Source: Gemmata sp.
GTDB lineage: Bacteria; Planctomycetota; Planctomycetia; Gemmatales; Gemmataceae
Length of the DNA stretch: 64,000 nucleotides
Reading direction: 5' to 3'
Assembly: GCA_022843445.1 (NCBI GenBank)
Contig: JALHNS010000003.1
Location: forward strand, 164-64,163
The notes below the pieces were generated by a model that saw nothing but the letters and a program-made list of their open reading frames with translations, did no database searches and had not been told where the DNA came from. The position numbers and the translations under genes are program-made. Every line of letters starts with the position of its first letter. Positions within the stretch are counted from its first letter, which is position 1. Below are positions 51,982 to 62,249 of the stretch, piece after piece.

Positions 51982-53970
51982 TCACTTCTTCTTGGGGAAC
52001 TGCCAATTCTCGTCGAACAGCCCGGCGGCGACCACTTCGTATGCCGCCGGGTCCTTCGCGGTGGGCGTCGGCTTGATGACGGCCCAATCGCCGAGCCGCG
52101 GGTAGAGGAGCGCGTTCGTGCCCTTCAGGTCCGCCTCCCCGAACGTGTGCCCGCTGTTGATGACGATGTGCCCGCGATTCTCGTTCAGCGGGTTCGGGTA
52201 AATCAGCACCGGTAGGTGCGTCTTCGCGTTGTACTCGACGCCATTCACTTCGAGCTTTTCAGCCGTCCACTTGATTGGCAACTTTGGCAGAGCTTGCGCG
52301 ATGAGTGGATTCGATTTTGGATCGCCAAACAGGACCGCATTGTAGGTCACGCCAGTGAATTTGAGCGTCTCGCGCACCGGAAGCGTACCGCGGAAGTACC
52401 GATCCCACAGTGCGGCGAAGCCCGTGAGCGCGGCGATTGCGTGCTTCGCGGTAGCCGGGTGCCACCCTTCCCCCTTCGGCCCGACGACGCGGAAACTCCA
52501 AGTGAACGCGGAATCAATTGGGCCATCAAACTTCCCGCGTTTTGCAAGGCGCGTCCGAAACGTCTCGATGGATTGAAGTGTCACATCGTGCCACTTGCCG
52601 TCTTTGCGTTCGAGCGACACGTACTGCTTGTTCTCGTGTCCGAGCGCCAACTTCTGCCCATCAATGTCGATGGTAATGTCCCCGAACCCGGCAACCTCGC
52701 ACGAAAGGAATCGCGCGTTTGTCGTCTTCACTGTGAGCGTGCGGCCTTTGCGTGTCGCGTCAACTACGGCGCGTTCGTACCACTTTTCAACTGCGTACGA
52801 CAACCAATCGTAGCGCCCCTCGGTGTACGCGACGAGCCGGATTCGCTCCGGGTCGCGGGTGCGCCCCTTGTCCGCGAACTTCTTGTACTCCTCTTCGAGC
52901 TTCGCTTGCCACTCTTTCGGTTGTGCGTGTTCGAGGCCCGGCGCGATGATGTGTTTGAAGGTGTGCGGTTCCTTGAACGATTTCAGCGCGTTCTCGATGT
53001 TGTCGGCGGCCTTCTTCTGCCCGTCTTTCTCACCGCTGTACGCGATCACTGGGACGTTGAAAGCGTTTTCGGCGTAGCCGAGTGCGTCATAGATACGCAG
53101 GCACTTCTCTTGGTGTTCCGGGAGTTCCTTCGGCAAGTTCGCAATGTAGCCGTGCGTTGTGGTGAATCCTGCACCGGGGCCGATAACGCAGAAGTCGTCG
53201 GAGTGCTTCAACCCAATGTGCCAAGCGCCCGCGCCGCCCATGCTGAACCCGCGCAACACAACGCGGTTCATGTCGATCGTCTTGTGCTGTTGTTGGAAGT
53301 CGTAGAACGCAAATAGTACATCACTTTCCCCGGCCCAGCGGTAGGCGTTGTTGCCGCGGCCGTACACTTCGAGTTGCACGTAGTCCAAATCCTTCGGTGC
53401 GGCCCCGGCGTGCGTCGCGATGAACTTGCTTTCGGTCAGCGAACCGTCGCGGCCGTGCAGCACCACGTCCAGCCGCCACTTCTTCTTCGGGTCCGCGCCG
53501 TAGTCGTGCGGGAGCAGCACCGCGTAGGGCTGAATGGAGTTGTCGATGTGTGAGCGGTACGCGCGCACCACCCACTTGCCCGGGGCGTCGCGCCACACCG
53601 GCTTGCCGCCTTCCGCTTGCTTCGCCCGCGCGAGGCCCGCGTCCACCGTACTCAGCGCCCACTTCACGCTCGCGGCGGCGAGCCACTCTTCAAAGCGAAC
53701 GATGTTCTCCGCGGCCTTCAGGTAGATTTCCACCTCGACCAGCACGTCGTCCTTCAGCTTCTTTTCCTTGAGCGCCGCGATTGCTTTGCGCAGTTCTTCC
53801 GTCTTGTCCTTGATGGTCTTCAGTTGGTCCGCGGTGGGGAGGAACGTCTTCGGATCGACCTTCTTCTTGTCGTCCTTCTTCTTGTCTTGCGCGCTCAGAG
53901 GCGCGGGTTCGGACACCGCGACGAGCGCGGCCACAGCCGCGAAGAGACAAACTGCGACGAGAGAGCGCAT
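51982..53970 (-). CDS. Exported alpha/beta-hydrolase (prolyl-oligopeptidase/esterase-like)
   Basis: Signal peptide; VVLHGR; nucleophile GFSMGG; GEKD; GLEH. Confidence 0.85.
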   Translation of the reverse strand: MRSLVAVCLFAAVAALVAVSEPAPLSAQDKKKDDKKKVDPKTFLPTADQLKTIKDKTEELRKAIAALKEKKLKDDVLVEVEIYLKAAENIVRFEEWLAAASVKWALSTVDAGLARAKQAEGGKPVWRDAPGKWVVRAYRSHIDNSIQPYAVLLPHDYGADPKKKWRLDVVLHGRDGSLTESKFIATHAGAAPKDLDYVQLEVYGRGNNAYRWAGESDVLFAFYDFQQQHKTIDMNRVVLRGFSMGGAGAWHIGLKHSDDFCVIGPGAGFTTTHGYIANLPKELPEHQEKCLRIYDALGYAENAFNVPVIAYSGEKDGQKKAADNIENALKSFKEPHTFKHIIAPGLEHAQPKEWQAKLEEEYKKFADKGRTRDPERIRLVAYTEGRYDWLSYAVEKWYERAVVDATRKGRTLTVKTTNARFLSCEVAGFGDITIDIDGQKLALGHENKQYVSLERKDGKWHDVTLQSIETFRTRLAKRGKFDGPIDSAFTWSFRVVGPKGEGWHPATAKHAIAALTGFAALWDRYFRGTLPVRETLKFTGVTYNAVLFGDPKSNPLIAQALPKLPIKWTAEKLEVNGVEYNAKTHLPVLIYPNPLNENRGHIVINSGHTFGEADLKGTNALLYPRLGDWAVIKPTPTAKDPAAYEVVAAGLFDENWQFPKKK

Positions 53971-54092
53971 GGCAGGCTCCGGTGGGTGCGTGCGGTCACG
54001 GTACACCGGCGCGCGCGCCGAAGCAACCGCCGCCGGATACAATGTGCCGGTCGAATTCGCGCCGCACCGGCGCACTCAACAGGAGGCGTGCG

Positions 54093-54659
54093 ATGATGTC
54101 TGTCAAGGCGGTGGTGCTGGGCTTGGTGGCGGTGTGTGCGATGTCCGGCACCGCGCGGGCCGCGAACCCGGTCGTGGTGATGGAGACGAGCCACGGTACC
54201 ATCAAGATCGAACTGTTCGAGGAGAAGGCCCCGATCACGGTGAAGAACTTCCTCACCTATGTGGCCGACAAGCACTACGACGGCCTGACGTTCCACCGCG
54301 TCATCAGCGACTTCATGATTCAGGGCGGCGGCATGGAGCCGGGCGGCAAGGAGAAGAAGACCCGCGAGCCGATCAAGAACGAAGCGGCTAACGGCCTCTC
54401 GAACCAGCGCGGCACCGTCGCGATGGCCCGCACCAACGTCGCCGACAGCGCCACCTCACAGTTCTACATCAACGTGAAGGACAACACGTTCCTCGACAAG
54501 GCGAAGGCCCGCGACGGCGTGGGCTACTGCGTGTTCGGCCGCGTGATCGAGGGCATGGACGTGGTGGACAAGATTAAAGACGTGGAAACCGGCCCCGGCG
54601 ACGTGCCCACCAAGGACGTACTCATCAAGTCGATCAAGGTGGAAATGGCGAAGAAGTAA
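54093..54659 (+). CDS. Cyclophilin-type peptidyl-prolyl isomerase
   Basis: [44 protein letters not shown]; AGGAGG SD; signal peptide. Confidence 0.96.
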   Translation: MMSVKAVVLGLVAVCAMSGTARAANPVVVMETSHGTIKIELFEEKAPITVKNFLTYVADKHYDGLTFHRVISDFMIQGGGMEPGGKEKKTREPIKNEAANGLSNQRGTVAMARTNVADSATSQFYINVKDNTFLDKAKARDGVGYCVFGRVIEGMDVVDKIKDVETGPGDVPTKDVLIKSIKVEMAKK

Positions 54660-54662
54660 AAC

Positions 54663-54744
54663 AGTTCAAAAGGAAAAATGCAGAGGAGGAAGAGTGATCG
54701 GTTTCCACTCTGCATTTTTCCCTTTTCATTTTTCCTTTTGAACT
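54663..54744. terminator. Nested inverted repeat, probable bidirectional terminator
   Basis: Perfect 18-bp IR AGTTCAAAAGGAAAAATG (54663-54680) / 54727-54744 plus an inner IR, between convergent genes. Confidence 0.7.
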
Positions 54745-54746
54745 CC

Positions 54747-55073
54747 TCACTCGGCGGGTTCCAGTTCGGCGGTCATGCTGCCCTTGCACCGCGGGATGCG
54801 CGGGTCCGGGCCGTAGGCGTGAATCTGGTCGCGCTTCAGTTCGGCGCGCTCGAGGCTGGTAGTACAGACGATCGCGCGGCCCTTCGTGTCGACCACCTTG
54901 GCGAGTTGGTAGCCCTTCTCCACCGGGTGCCCGAACAGCGCCTTCAGCATCTCGATCACGTACTCGTAACTGTGGTCGTCGTCGTTGAGCAGCACGACGT
55001 GGTACGGCGGCTGCCGGCGCGTGCGCTGGTCGGCTTCGGTGTCGAGTTCGGGCAGCACCGCGGGTGCGGGCAT
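54747..55073 (-). CDS. clpS: ATP-dependent Clp protease adaptor ClpS
   Basis: YHVVLLNDDDHSYEYV...VDTKGRAIV. Confidence 0.93.
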   Translation of the reverse strand: MPAPAVLPELDTEADQRTRRQPPYHVVLLNDDDHSYEYVIEMLKALFGHPVEKGYQLAKVVDTKGRAIVCTTSLERAELKRDQIHAYGPDPRIPRCKGSMTAELEPAE

Positions 55074-55108
55074 GGGAGCGCTCCGGTGCGGGAACGGGGG
55101 GGCGGCGG

Positions 55109-56887
55109 TCACTTCACGGCCGGGTGCCGGCCCGTGTTCGGCCCCCCGCCCGGTTCGAGGAACGGCGCGTCGCCGGTCTCGAGTCGGCCGAACGTCACCA
55201 CCGCGATGTCGTCGTTCTGGGGGCGGCCGTTCGCGTGCGCGCGGACCGCGGCGACCAGCTTGTTGCCCATCACCTTGGGCAGGTGCGGCCCGGCCACGGC
55301 GCTATCGTCGGGCATCAGGCCGGCGTCGGTCTTCTCGTTGCCGAACATCTCGCCGGCGGGGTTCATGGCGTCGGTCACACCGTCGGTGAACACCGCGAGC
55401 GAATCGCCGGGCGCGAGTTTGATCGTTGCCATCTCGAACGGGTAGCCGGGCAGCGTGCCGATGGGCAGCCCGGTCGCGTCGAGGGAGATCGCGTCCACCA
55501 GTTCGCCGGTCGCGGCCTTGTACAGTTTGGGGCTCATGTGCCCGGCGTTCACGATGTTCACCGTGTGCGCCTTGGGGTCCAGAACCATCAGCGCGAGGGT
55601 GACGAACCGGTCGCCCAACCCGCCCTGAATCATCTGCTCGTTCAGCAGGCACGCGGCCTCCGCGAGGTCCGGCACCGTGAGCAGACAGAACCGCACTTCG
55701 GAACTGAGTTTCGCCACGAGCAGCGCCGCCGGCACGCCCTTCCCGGCCACGTCGCCGAGTACGACCGCGACGCGCCCGCCGGGCAGCGTGATGAAGTCGT
55801 AGTAGTCGCCGCCGACGGTTTGGGCCGGCGAGTAGTGGGAGTAGAACTCGTAGCCGTCCACGGCCGGCAGCGTCTGCGGCAGGAACCCGAGTTGCACCTT
55901 GCGCGCGAGTTCGATCTCTTTCGCTTCTTTTTCGCGCGTGAGGACGGTTTCGTGCAACCGCGCCTTCTCGATGGCGACGCCCGCGAGGTTCGCCACGATG
56001 GTGAGCAGGTTCAGGTCGTCGAGGACGAACTTCTTGCCGCGGTCTTGGGTGTCCAGTTGGATCGCGCCGAGCGGGTTGCCCTCGTTGCTGAGCAGCGGCA
56101 CGCACATCACCGAGCGGATCTTGAACTCGGCGATGCTGGCCGACGGGCCGATGTTCGCGTCGTTGGAGGCGTCTTCGCTCAGGTACGACTGCTTCGCGTC
56201 GAGCGCCTTCTTCACGACGGTGCGGCTGAACCGCGTGTCGTCGAGCGCGGCGCGGCGGGCCTTCATCACCTTCGGCACCGGGCGACCGGCCTCGTCGAGC
56301 ATGATGAGGAAGCACCGGTCGGCCTGTTTGAACACGCCCAGCAGCGTGTCGGCGATTTGCGCGAGGAGCGCGTCCAAGTCGAGGGTGCGCGCGAGGTTCA
56401 CGCTGATGTCCAAGAGCGCCCGCAACCGCTCCTGCGGGGCCACTTCGAGGAACTGTTGGGCGGTGCCCTTCCCCTGCGTGGCCTCGATCGTGGTCATCCC
56501 GCTCTCGTCGGACTCCTCTTCGGCGTCGCGCTGCGCGGCCCCTTTGGACATCCAGTCCGGGAGCTTGGCAGGCTTCGCCACGCGCTCGTCGTGGAACCGG
56601 AACAGGAAGTCGCAAATCTTGATGCGGTCGTCCGGGTTCAGCGGCTGGCGCACCGGGGGTGACACCTCCTTGCTGTTCACGAACGTCTTGTTTCGACTCT
56701 TCAGGTCCTCGATGTAGAACTGGTTGCCGGCGCGCACGATCTGCGCGTGCTTGCGGCTCACCGCGTGGTGCGGGATCACGATCTGGCACCCGTCCTCGCG
56801 GCCGATCACCATCAACTCGCCCTTGAGTTCGATGGCCTTGTTCGGGGTGCTCCCGTCCGGGGACTTCATCAGGATGAGCGACGGCAT
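55109..56887 (-). CDS. FHA-GAF-PP2C (SpoIIE-like) protein phosphatase
   Basis: FHA IGRED...VSRKHA...DLKSRNKT; GAF IRSVMCVPL; PP2C VGGDYYD, GDVAGKG, TDGVTD, NDDIAV. Confidence 0.95.
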   Translation of the reverse strand: MPSLILMKSPDGSTPNKAIELKGELMVIGREDGCQIVIPHHAVSRKHAQIVRAGNQFYIEDLKSRNKTFVNSKEVSPPVRQPLNPDDRIKICDFLFRFHDERVAKPAKLPDWMSKGAAQRDAEEESDESGMTTIEATQGKGTAQQFLEVAPQERLRALLDISVNLARTLDLDALLAQIADTLLGVFKQADRCFLIMLDEAGRPVPKVMKARRAALDDTRFSRTVVKKALDAKQSYLSEDASNDANIGPSASIAEFKIRSVMCVPLLSNEGNPLGAIQLDTQDRGKKFVLDDLNLLTIVANLAGVAIEKARLHETVLTREKEAKEIELARKVQLGFLPQTLPAVDGYEFYSHYSPAQTVGGDYYDFITLPGGRVAVVLGDVAGKGVPAALLVAKLSSEVRFCLLTVPDLAEAACLLNEQMIQGGLGDRFVTLALMVLDPKAHTVNIVNAGHMSPKLYKAATGELVDAISLDATGLPIGTLPGYPFEMATIKLAPGDSLAVFTDGVTDAMNPAGEMFGNEKTDAGLMPDDSAVAGPHLPKVMGNKLVAAVRAHANGRPQNDDIAVVTFGRLETGDAPFLEPGGGPNTGRHPAVK

Positions 56888-57103
56888 GGCGACGATCCGG
56901 GAGCGTGAGAAGGTGGCCGCGGCGGGCGCAACGGACCAAAACGGCCACTAAGGATGGTACCGCGACGGCGCGCGTTCCGCAAGTAACCGGCGCGAGTTTG
57001 CGCGCCGCGCGAAAGTTGCGCGAAGCGCGAGCCGTACCGTTGCCCGCCGCGCCGCACCGCGGTAACCTGCCTTCGGTCCCACTTCCCTCACGGAACTGCC
57101 GCC

Positions 57104-58384
57104 ATGAGGCAATTCGCGTTCGGCCTCCTCACCGCCGCCATGGTCGGCGGCGTGGTCGCACTCTCGCGCACCGAAACCGCCGCCGACTCCCCGGCCCTCG
57201 CCCGCACCGACATCGTGGCCGAGACCGGCGCGAAAAACCCGTGGACCTCGCTCAAGCTGAACGAGAGCGCCGACGAGTACACCTTCGCCATCGTCTCGGA
57301 CCGCACCGGCGGGCACCGCGAGAAGGTGTTCTCCCGCGCCGTGCATCAGGTCAACTCGCTGAGCCCCAAGTTCGTCCTCTCCGTCGGCGACCTCATCGAA
57401 GGGTACACCGCCAAGGACGAAGCCATCAAAGAGCAGTGGGACGAGTTCGACGGCTACGTGAAGCAGTTCAAGATGCCGTTCTTCTACGTGCCGGGCAACC
57501 ACGACCTCACCAACAAGACGATGGTGGACAAGTGGACCGAGCGGTACGGCAAGCGGTACTACTCGTTCACCTACCGCGGGAGCCTGTTCCTGTGCCTGAA
57601 CTCCGAGAACCCGCCGGACGGCATGGGCACCATCGACAAAGAGCAACAGCAGTGGGTGGCGCAAACGCTCGCCGCGCACAAGGACGCGAAATGGACCTAC
57701 GTGTTCCTGCACAAGCCGATCTGGACCGCGAAAGACCTTGAAAAGAACGGCTGGGCCGCGGTGGAGAAGGCGCTGGCGGGCCGCAAGTACAACGTGTTCG
57801 TGGGCCACGTCCACCGCTACCAAGTGTTCGAGCGCAACGGCACGCAGTACTACCAGCTCGCCACCACCGGCGGCGGCAGCCGGATGCGCGGCTACGAGTA
57901 CGGCGAGTTCGACCAAGTGATGCTCGTGAACGTGCGCGCGAACGGGCCGGAGTTCGTGAACGTGGACCTCGGCGGCGTGCTGCCGGCGAACCTGAAGTTG
58001 CCGGACAGCGACGAGAAGGGCGTGCCGGTGAAGAAGAAGGCCACGTTCCCGGTGAACGGGAAGGTGACGCTGAACGGCAAGCCCCTCGCCGGCGCGACGG
58101 TGGCGCTGCACAGCTACAACAAGACGAGCGAGAAGTACACCTCGGTGAGCGACGGCCTGAGCGACGCGAACGGCCGGTTCAACGTCACGACCTATTTCCG
58201 GTTCGACGGCGCGCCCGCGGGCGAGTACACGGTGACCGTGCGCAAGGTGAAGCGCGGCATCGCCGACGAAGAGGCCCCGGACAAGAACACCCTGCCGGAG
58301 AAGTACGCGCACCCGGACAAGTCGCCGCTGAAGGTCACGATCAAGGAAGGCACGAACGACATCGAGATCGACGTGAAGGAGTAG
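57104..58384 (+). CDS. Exported metallophosphoesterase with C-terminal carboxypeptidase-regulatory-like domain
   Basis: SDRT, GDLIEG, PGNHD, FLHKP, GHVH; C-terminal VNGKVTLNGKPLAGATV...LPEKY. Confidence 0.88.
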   Translation: MRQFAFGLLTAAMVGGVVALSRTETAADSPALARTDIVAETGAKNPWTSLKLNESADEYTFAIVSDRTGGHREKVFSRAVHQVNSLSPKFVLSVGDLIEGYTAKDEAIKEQWDEFDGYVKQFKMPFFYVPGNHDLTNKTMVDKWTERYGKRYYSFTYRGSLFLCLNSENPPDGMGTIDKEQQQWVAQTLAAHKDAKWTYVFLHKPIWTAKDLEKNGWAAVEKALAGRKYNVFVGHVHRYQVFERNGTQYYQLATTGGGSRMRGYEYGEFDQVMLVNVRANGPEFVNVDLGGVLPANLKLPDSDEKGVPVKKKATFPVNGKVTLNGKPLAGATVALHSYNKTSEKYTSVSDGLSDANGRFNVTTYFRFDGAPAGEYTVTVRKVKRGIADEEAPDKNTLPEKYAHPDKSPLKVTIKEGTNDIEIDVKE

Positions 58385-58407
58385 CCCTGTACCCCGGTAT
58401 CCGCCCG

Positions 58408-58911
58408 TTGCTGTTCATCGTACCGGGCTTCGCGGCGGTGCCGGTGGGCATCGCCGTTTGCCTTGCGTGCGGTCTGGAATCGTGGGCCGCGGCGCTTGTT
58501 GCGGGCGGCGCGGCCCTTCCCCTTCTGCTGATCGGCTTCCGGATCGCGGAGAAAGCGCCGGCCCCGCCCGACCCGCCCCCTAACGCACCCCCGCCCGAAC
58601 CGGACCCACCCCTTCGCACCGGGTTGCGCGAACTCGTGCGTGTGGCCGTGCTCGCGCTGTTCGCGGGCCTCGTCGCGTTCGCGTCCGGTGAGCACCCGTT
58701 TTGGGCGTTCTTCGCGGTCACGACGTGCGTGTGCGGGTGGGTGGTGCTGTTCGGCGGCGCGGGCCACATCGCCCCGCACTTGGTGGTGCTCTTCCTCGGC
58801 GGCGGCGACGGCCCGGACCCGACCCGAGGCACCGTGCGGTTCACGTTCGGCTTCGTGTGGGCGCTGGTCGCGGCCGCCGCAGTGTACACACTGGTTCGCG
58901 GCGCGCGGTGA
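58408..58911 (+). CDS. Hypothetical membrane protein
   Basis: Several hydrophobic segments and a Pro-rich loop; start uncertain. Confidence 0.55.
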   Translation: MLFIVPGFAAVPVGIAVCLACGLESWAAALVAGGAALPLLLIGFRIAEKAPAPPDPPPNAPPPEPDPPLRTGLRELVRVAVLALFAGLVAFASGEHPFWAFFAVTTCVCGWVVLFGGAGHIAPHLVVLFLGGGDGPDPTRGTVRFTFGFVWALVAAAAVYTLVRGAR

Positions 58912-58955
58912 CGAGGGGAAAGCCACCGACCGCGACTGAGCCCATCCCTGACTCG

Positions 58956-60161
58956 TCATCCTTTCCACACGGCCACTTGCCCGCTTCGCAGTGACCGGTT
59001 CGCCAAGTGCGCGCCGCTTGCGGCGCTCACGCCCGCTTCCACCGGGCACGACACCTTCTTCGTGCGGTCGCGCACGCACTCCACCCAGTTCAGCAGGTGC
59101 AGCAGTTCGCCGTCGGGCTTGTCGTAGAAGTCCAAACCCTTCTCGCCCGTGCCCAGAATCAGCGACTTCGGCTCCGGCTTCTTCTTCCCGCGATCCGGGA
59201 TCAGCTCGTAGCGCCCACGGTCGATGTAGAGCGTGCCCTCGGTTCCCATGAACTCGCACATCGAGCCGTTGCGGTTGTTGCTGAACGTGCCCTCGAAATA
59301 CACCTGCACGCGTTCCTTTTCGTACTTCAGCAGCGTTTGCACGGTGTCCGGCGTCTCCCACACGCCCTTCGCGCTGAAGAAGTCGCCAACGCTCGCCGCG
59401 CTCGTGGGGTGGTTCAGGTCGAGGAACCAGTGAACCACGTCGAGCCAGTGAACCATCAGGTCCGTGAAGATGCCGCCGCCGAAGTCCCAGAACCAGCGCC
59501 ACTGTCGGAACTTGTAGGCGTCGAACTCTTGGGCTTTCGCGGTGCCGAGGAAGCGCTTCCAGTCCACTTTCGCCGGGTCGAGCGCGTCCTTGAACCGCTG
59601 CGCGCGGGCCGCGTTCCGGTTCCATGTGCAGTGAACCTTGTGAACGGTCCCGATGACGCCCTCTTTGAGCAGCTTGTACGCTTCGAGGATGTGCGTCATG
59701 CTGCGCTGCTGCGTGCCCACCTGCACCACGCGTTTCGCCTTCGCTTGCGCTTCGATGATCGCTTTGCCTTCGCTCAGGTCGTGCGTCAGCGGTTTCTCGA
59801 CGTACACGTCTTTGCCCGCGGCGATGGCGTCGATGGTGAGCGGGACGTGCCAGTGGTCCGGCGACGCGATCAGCACCGCGTCCACGTCCTTGCGGGCGAA
59901 CAACTCTTCGCTTTTCTTGGTGGCGAACGCCTTCGGGTCGGCGAGTTTCTGCGCGGCTCCGAGGTTGTCGTCGTACACGTCGCACACCGCGGTGATGGTG
60001 ACGTTCGGCAAAGCCGGGAACGACTTCACGAGGTGCCGGCACCGGCCCCCGCACCCGACGAGGCCGACGCGGAGCGTGTCGTTCGCCCGAAACCCGCGCG
60101 CGGATTCGACGGCGAACGGTACAGCGGCAAGCGTGCCGAGAAAGGCGCGGCGCGAAGGCAT
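58956..60161 (-). CDS. Tat-exported Gfo/Idh/MocA oxidoreductase
   Basis: SRRAFL; GLVGCGGR; ASPDHWH; YVEKP; DLMVHWLD. Confidence 0.95.
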   Translation of the reverse strand: MPSRRAFLGTLAAVPFAVESARGFRANDTLRVGLVGCGGRCRHLVKSFPALPNVTITAVCDVYDDNLGAAQKLADPKAFATKKSEELFARKDVDAVLIASPDHWHVPLTIDAIAAGKDVYVEKPLTHDLSEGKAIIEAQAKAKRVVQVGTQQRSMTHILEAYKLLKEGVIGTVHKVHCTWNRNAARAQRFKDALDPAKVDWKRFLGTAKAQEFDAYKFRQWRWFWDFGGGIFTDLMVHWLDVVHWFLDLNHPTSAASVGDFFSAKGVWETPDTVQTLLKYEKERVQVYFEGTFSNNRNGSMCEFMGTEGTLYIDRGRYELIPDRGKKKPEPKSLILGTGEKGLDFYDKPDGELLHLLNWVECVRDRTKKVSCPVEAGVSAASGAHLANRSLRSGQVAVWKG

Positions 60162-60561
60162 GGCGGAACCCCGGAGGAGAGATGCGCCACAGCGTAACGC
60201 CGAGTGCGCGAGGAGACACGAAAAAAGTAACCCCCGCGGAAGCCGGGAACTTCCGCGGGGGCCGGATGAAGGCGACCCATCCGTCGAGCGGGGTGTGGCG
60301 CGCGCGATTGAGCGGGAGTCAGAGCGTTTCAGGCGGGCAAGTTGGAGGGAGTCTCGGTGGGACAATTAGTAGACGCGAAACGGGTGCGTTAGTTCTGAAG
60401 AAACTTGTTGTTCTCAGTATTTTCTCACAAACGACACCGGGAACAAGATCGTGAGGCGCGCCGGGTTGTGACGGTCGCGCAAAAAGTGCGGGTTCCGTAA
60501 ACTTGCCGACCCCAATTCGCCGACAGTATGACAGGGCGCGCCGCGCCGCCACGGAGGGAAA

Positions 60562-61938
60562 GTGATGCCACGGACGGCTCTCGTGCTCGTACTGGCTGCG
60601 GCGTTCGGTGGTGCGGTCCGCGCGCAGGACGGCCAACTGCCCGCGCCGGCCGGATGGCCGATCGCACCGGAACCGGCGTTCGTGCCCGCCGAGTACGCGT
60701 GGAACTTCCAACCCGTCGGCGGCTGGTTCGAAGCGCCGTCGCCGCTCGCGCGCGTGCCGCAGATCGCCCCCCCGCAAACGGGCGGCTGCGAACCGGACCC
60801 GCGCGGGTTCGCGTTCGACCCGTGCTTCCCGCACCAGCGCACCGGCCGGCCAAAGGTTCATAACGAGGCGTGGGTGCGCGGCGACTGGCTCTCGTGGTCG
60901 TTCCGCGACCTGCCGGTGCCGCCGCTGGTCGTGACCGGCGACCCGACGCGTGCGAACGCGGGCATCCCCGGTGGCGGGAACGAGCGCGCGCTCGTCGGGC
61001 CGGCGCGCGACCTCGGCCAGTTCAACGGGGCGCGGCTCGCGTTCGGCACGTGGTTCGACCCCGCGGGCGAACTCGGTGCGGAACTCACGGGGCTGGTGTT
61101 CGCGCGCAACGGTACGAGCGATTCGTTCGTCGGGTCCGCGGCGCGTCCGCTGTCGGTGCCCGTGACCGGAACGAACGGGGTGGTCGGCGTGTACGACTTC
61201 TCGTTCCCCGGCACCACGGCCGGCGCGCTGGTGCTGAACACCGCGAGCCAACTGTGGGGCGCGGAAGCGAACCTGCTGCGCCGCTGGTACGGCGACGGGT
61301 GCCTGAGTGTCGACACCATCTTCGGCTACCGGTTCGTGCAGTTGAGCGAGCGCATCGAACTGCTCGGCCGCGCGACGCCGCTCCCGGGCAACGCGACCTT
61401 CGGCGGCGCGCCGGTGCCCGCCGGCGCGAGCGTGCTCACGTTCGACTCGTTCCGCACGCGCACCGAGTTCCACGGCGCGCAGATCGGCGGGCGGATCGAG
61501 TACCGGCGCGACATGTTCACGCTCACCGCGTATGGCAAGGGCGGCGCGGGCGCGACCGTCCAGACGCTCCGCGTCGCCGGGAACACGACACTGCTCGGCG
61601 CGGACGGCTCGCGCACCGTGCTGCCCGGCGGCGTCCGCGCGCTGCCCTCGAACATGGGCCGCGAAACGAGCACCGACTTCTCACTGCTCGGCGAAACCGG
61701 TATCGAGATCGGGCTTCAAGTCACGAAGCACGCGTCGCTCCGCGTGGGCTACAACCTGCTCTATGTGACGGACGTGCTGCGCCCGGCGAGCGCCGTCAGC
61801 CCGGTGGTGTCGCTGGGCCAAGTGCCGATCGATCCGTCGTTCGGCACGGGCACCGGCCCGGCTCGCCCGGTGACGGTGTTCCGCTCGGCGGACTTCTTGG
61901 CGCACGGCCTCACGCTCGGCGCGGTATTCGACTGGTAA
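60562..61938 (+). CDS. BBP7-family outer membrane beta-barrel protein
   Basis: Signal peptide; WVRGDWLSW; GARLAFGTWFD; GYRFVQLSE; FHGAQIGGR; RVGYNLLY; terminal aromatic residue. Confidence 0.85.
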   Translation: MMPRTALVLVLAAAFGGAVRAQDGQLPAPAGWPIAPEPAFVPAEYAWNFQPVGGWFEAPSPLARVPQIAPPQTGGCEPDPRGFAFDPCFPHQRTGRPKVHNEAWVRGDWLSWSFRDLPVPPLVVTGDPTRANAGIPGGGNERALVGPARDLGQFNGARLAFGTWFDPAGELGAELTGLVFARNGTSDSFVGSAARPLSVPVTGTNGVVGVYDFSFPGTTAGALVLNTASQLWGAEANLLRRWYGDGCLSVDTIFGYRFVQLSERIELLGRATPLPGNATFGGAPVPAGASVLTFDSFRTRTEFHGAQIGGRIEYRRDMFTLTAYGKGGAGATVQTLRVAGNTTLLGADGSRTVLPGGVRALPSNMGRETSTDFSLLGETGIEIGLQVTKHASLRVGYNLLYVTDVLRPASAVSPVVSLGQVPIDPSFGTGTGPARPVTVFRSADFLAHGLTLGAVFDW

Positions 61939-62037
61939 GCCCCTTGACTAAATTGCACACAGGTATACTATTTATTCGGCAGCGCGACTGCGCGGTTGCC
62001 GAAGGGGTTTTCGTGCGCGAACGCGTCGCGGCGCGTC

Positions 62038-62064
62038 AACGAGCCGCGAGCGCGAGTGAGCGGC
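62038..62064. repeat. REP-like family A copy (1 mismatch)
   Basis: AACGAGCCGCGAGCGCGAGTGAGCGGC. Confidence 0.8.
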
Positions 62065-62249
62065 CCCTTGGAGCAGTCCGAGAACCCGACCTCACGCTCA
62101 CCGCGACGGCCCCGCGCCGAATCGCGGTAGCGGTGTTTCAATAGCCCGAACTCGGGTCCGCGCCGCGAACCGAGCATTTCGCTTGTTTTTAAAGCCCCGC
62201 GCTCCGGAGTAGAATGCCGCGGCCCGTCCCGCTTCGCCGGAGCGCCGCC

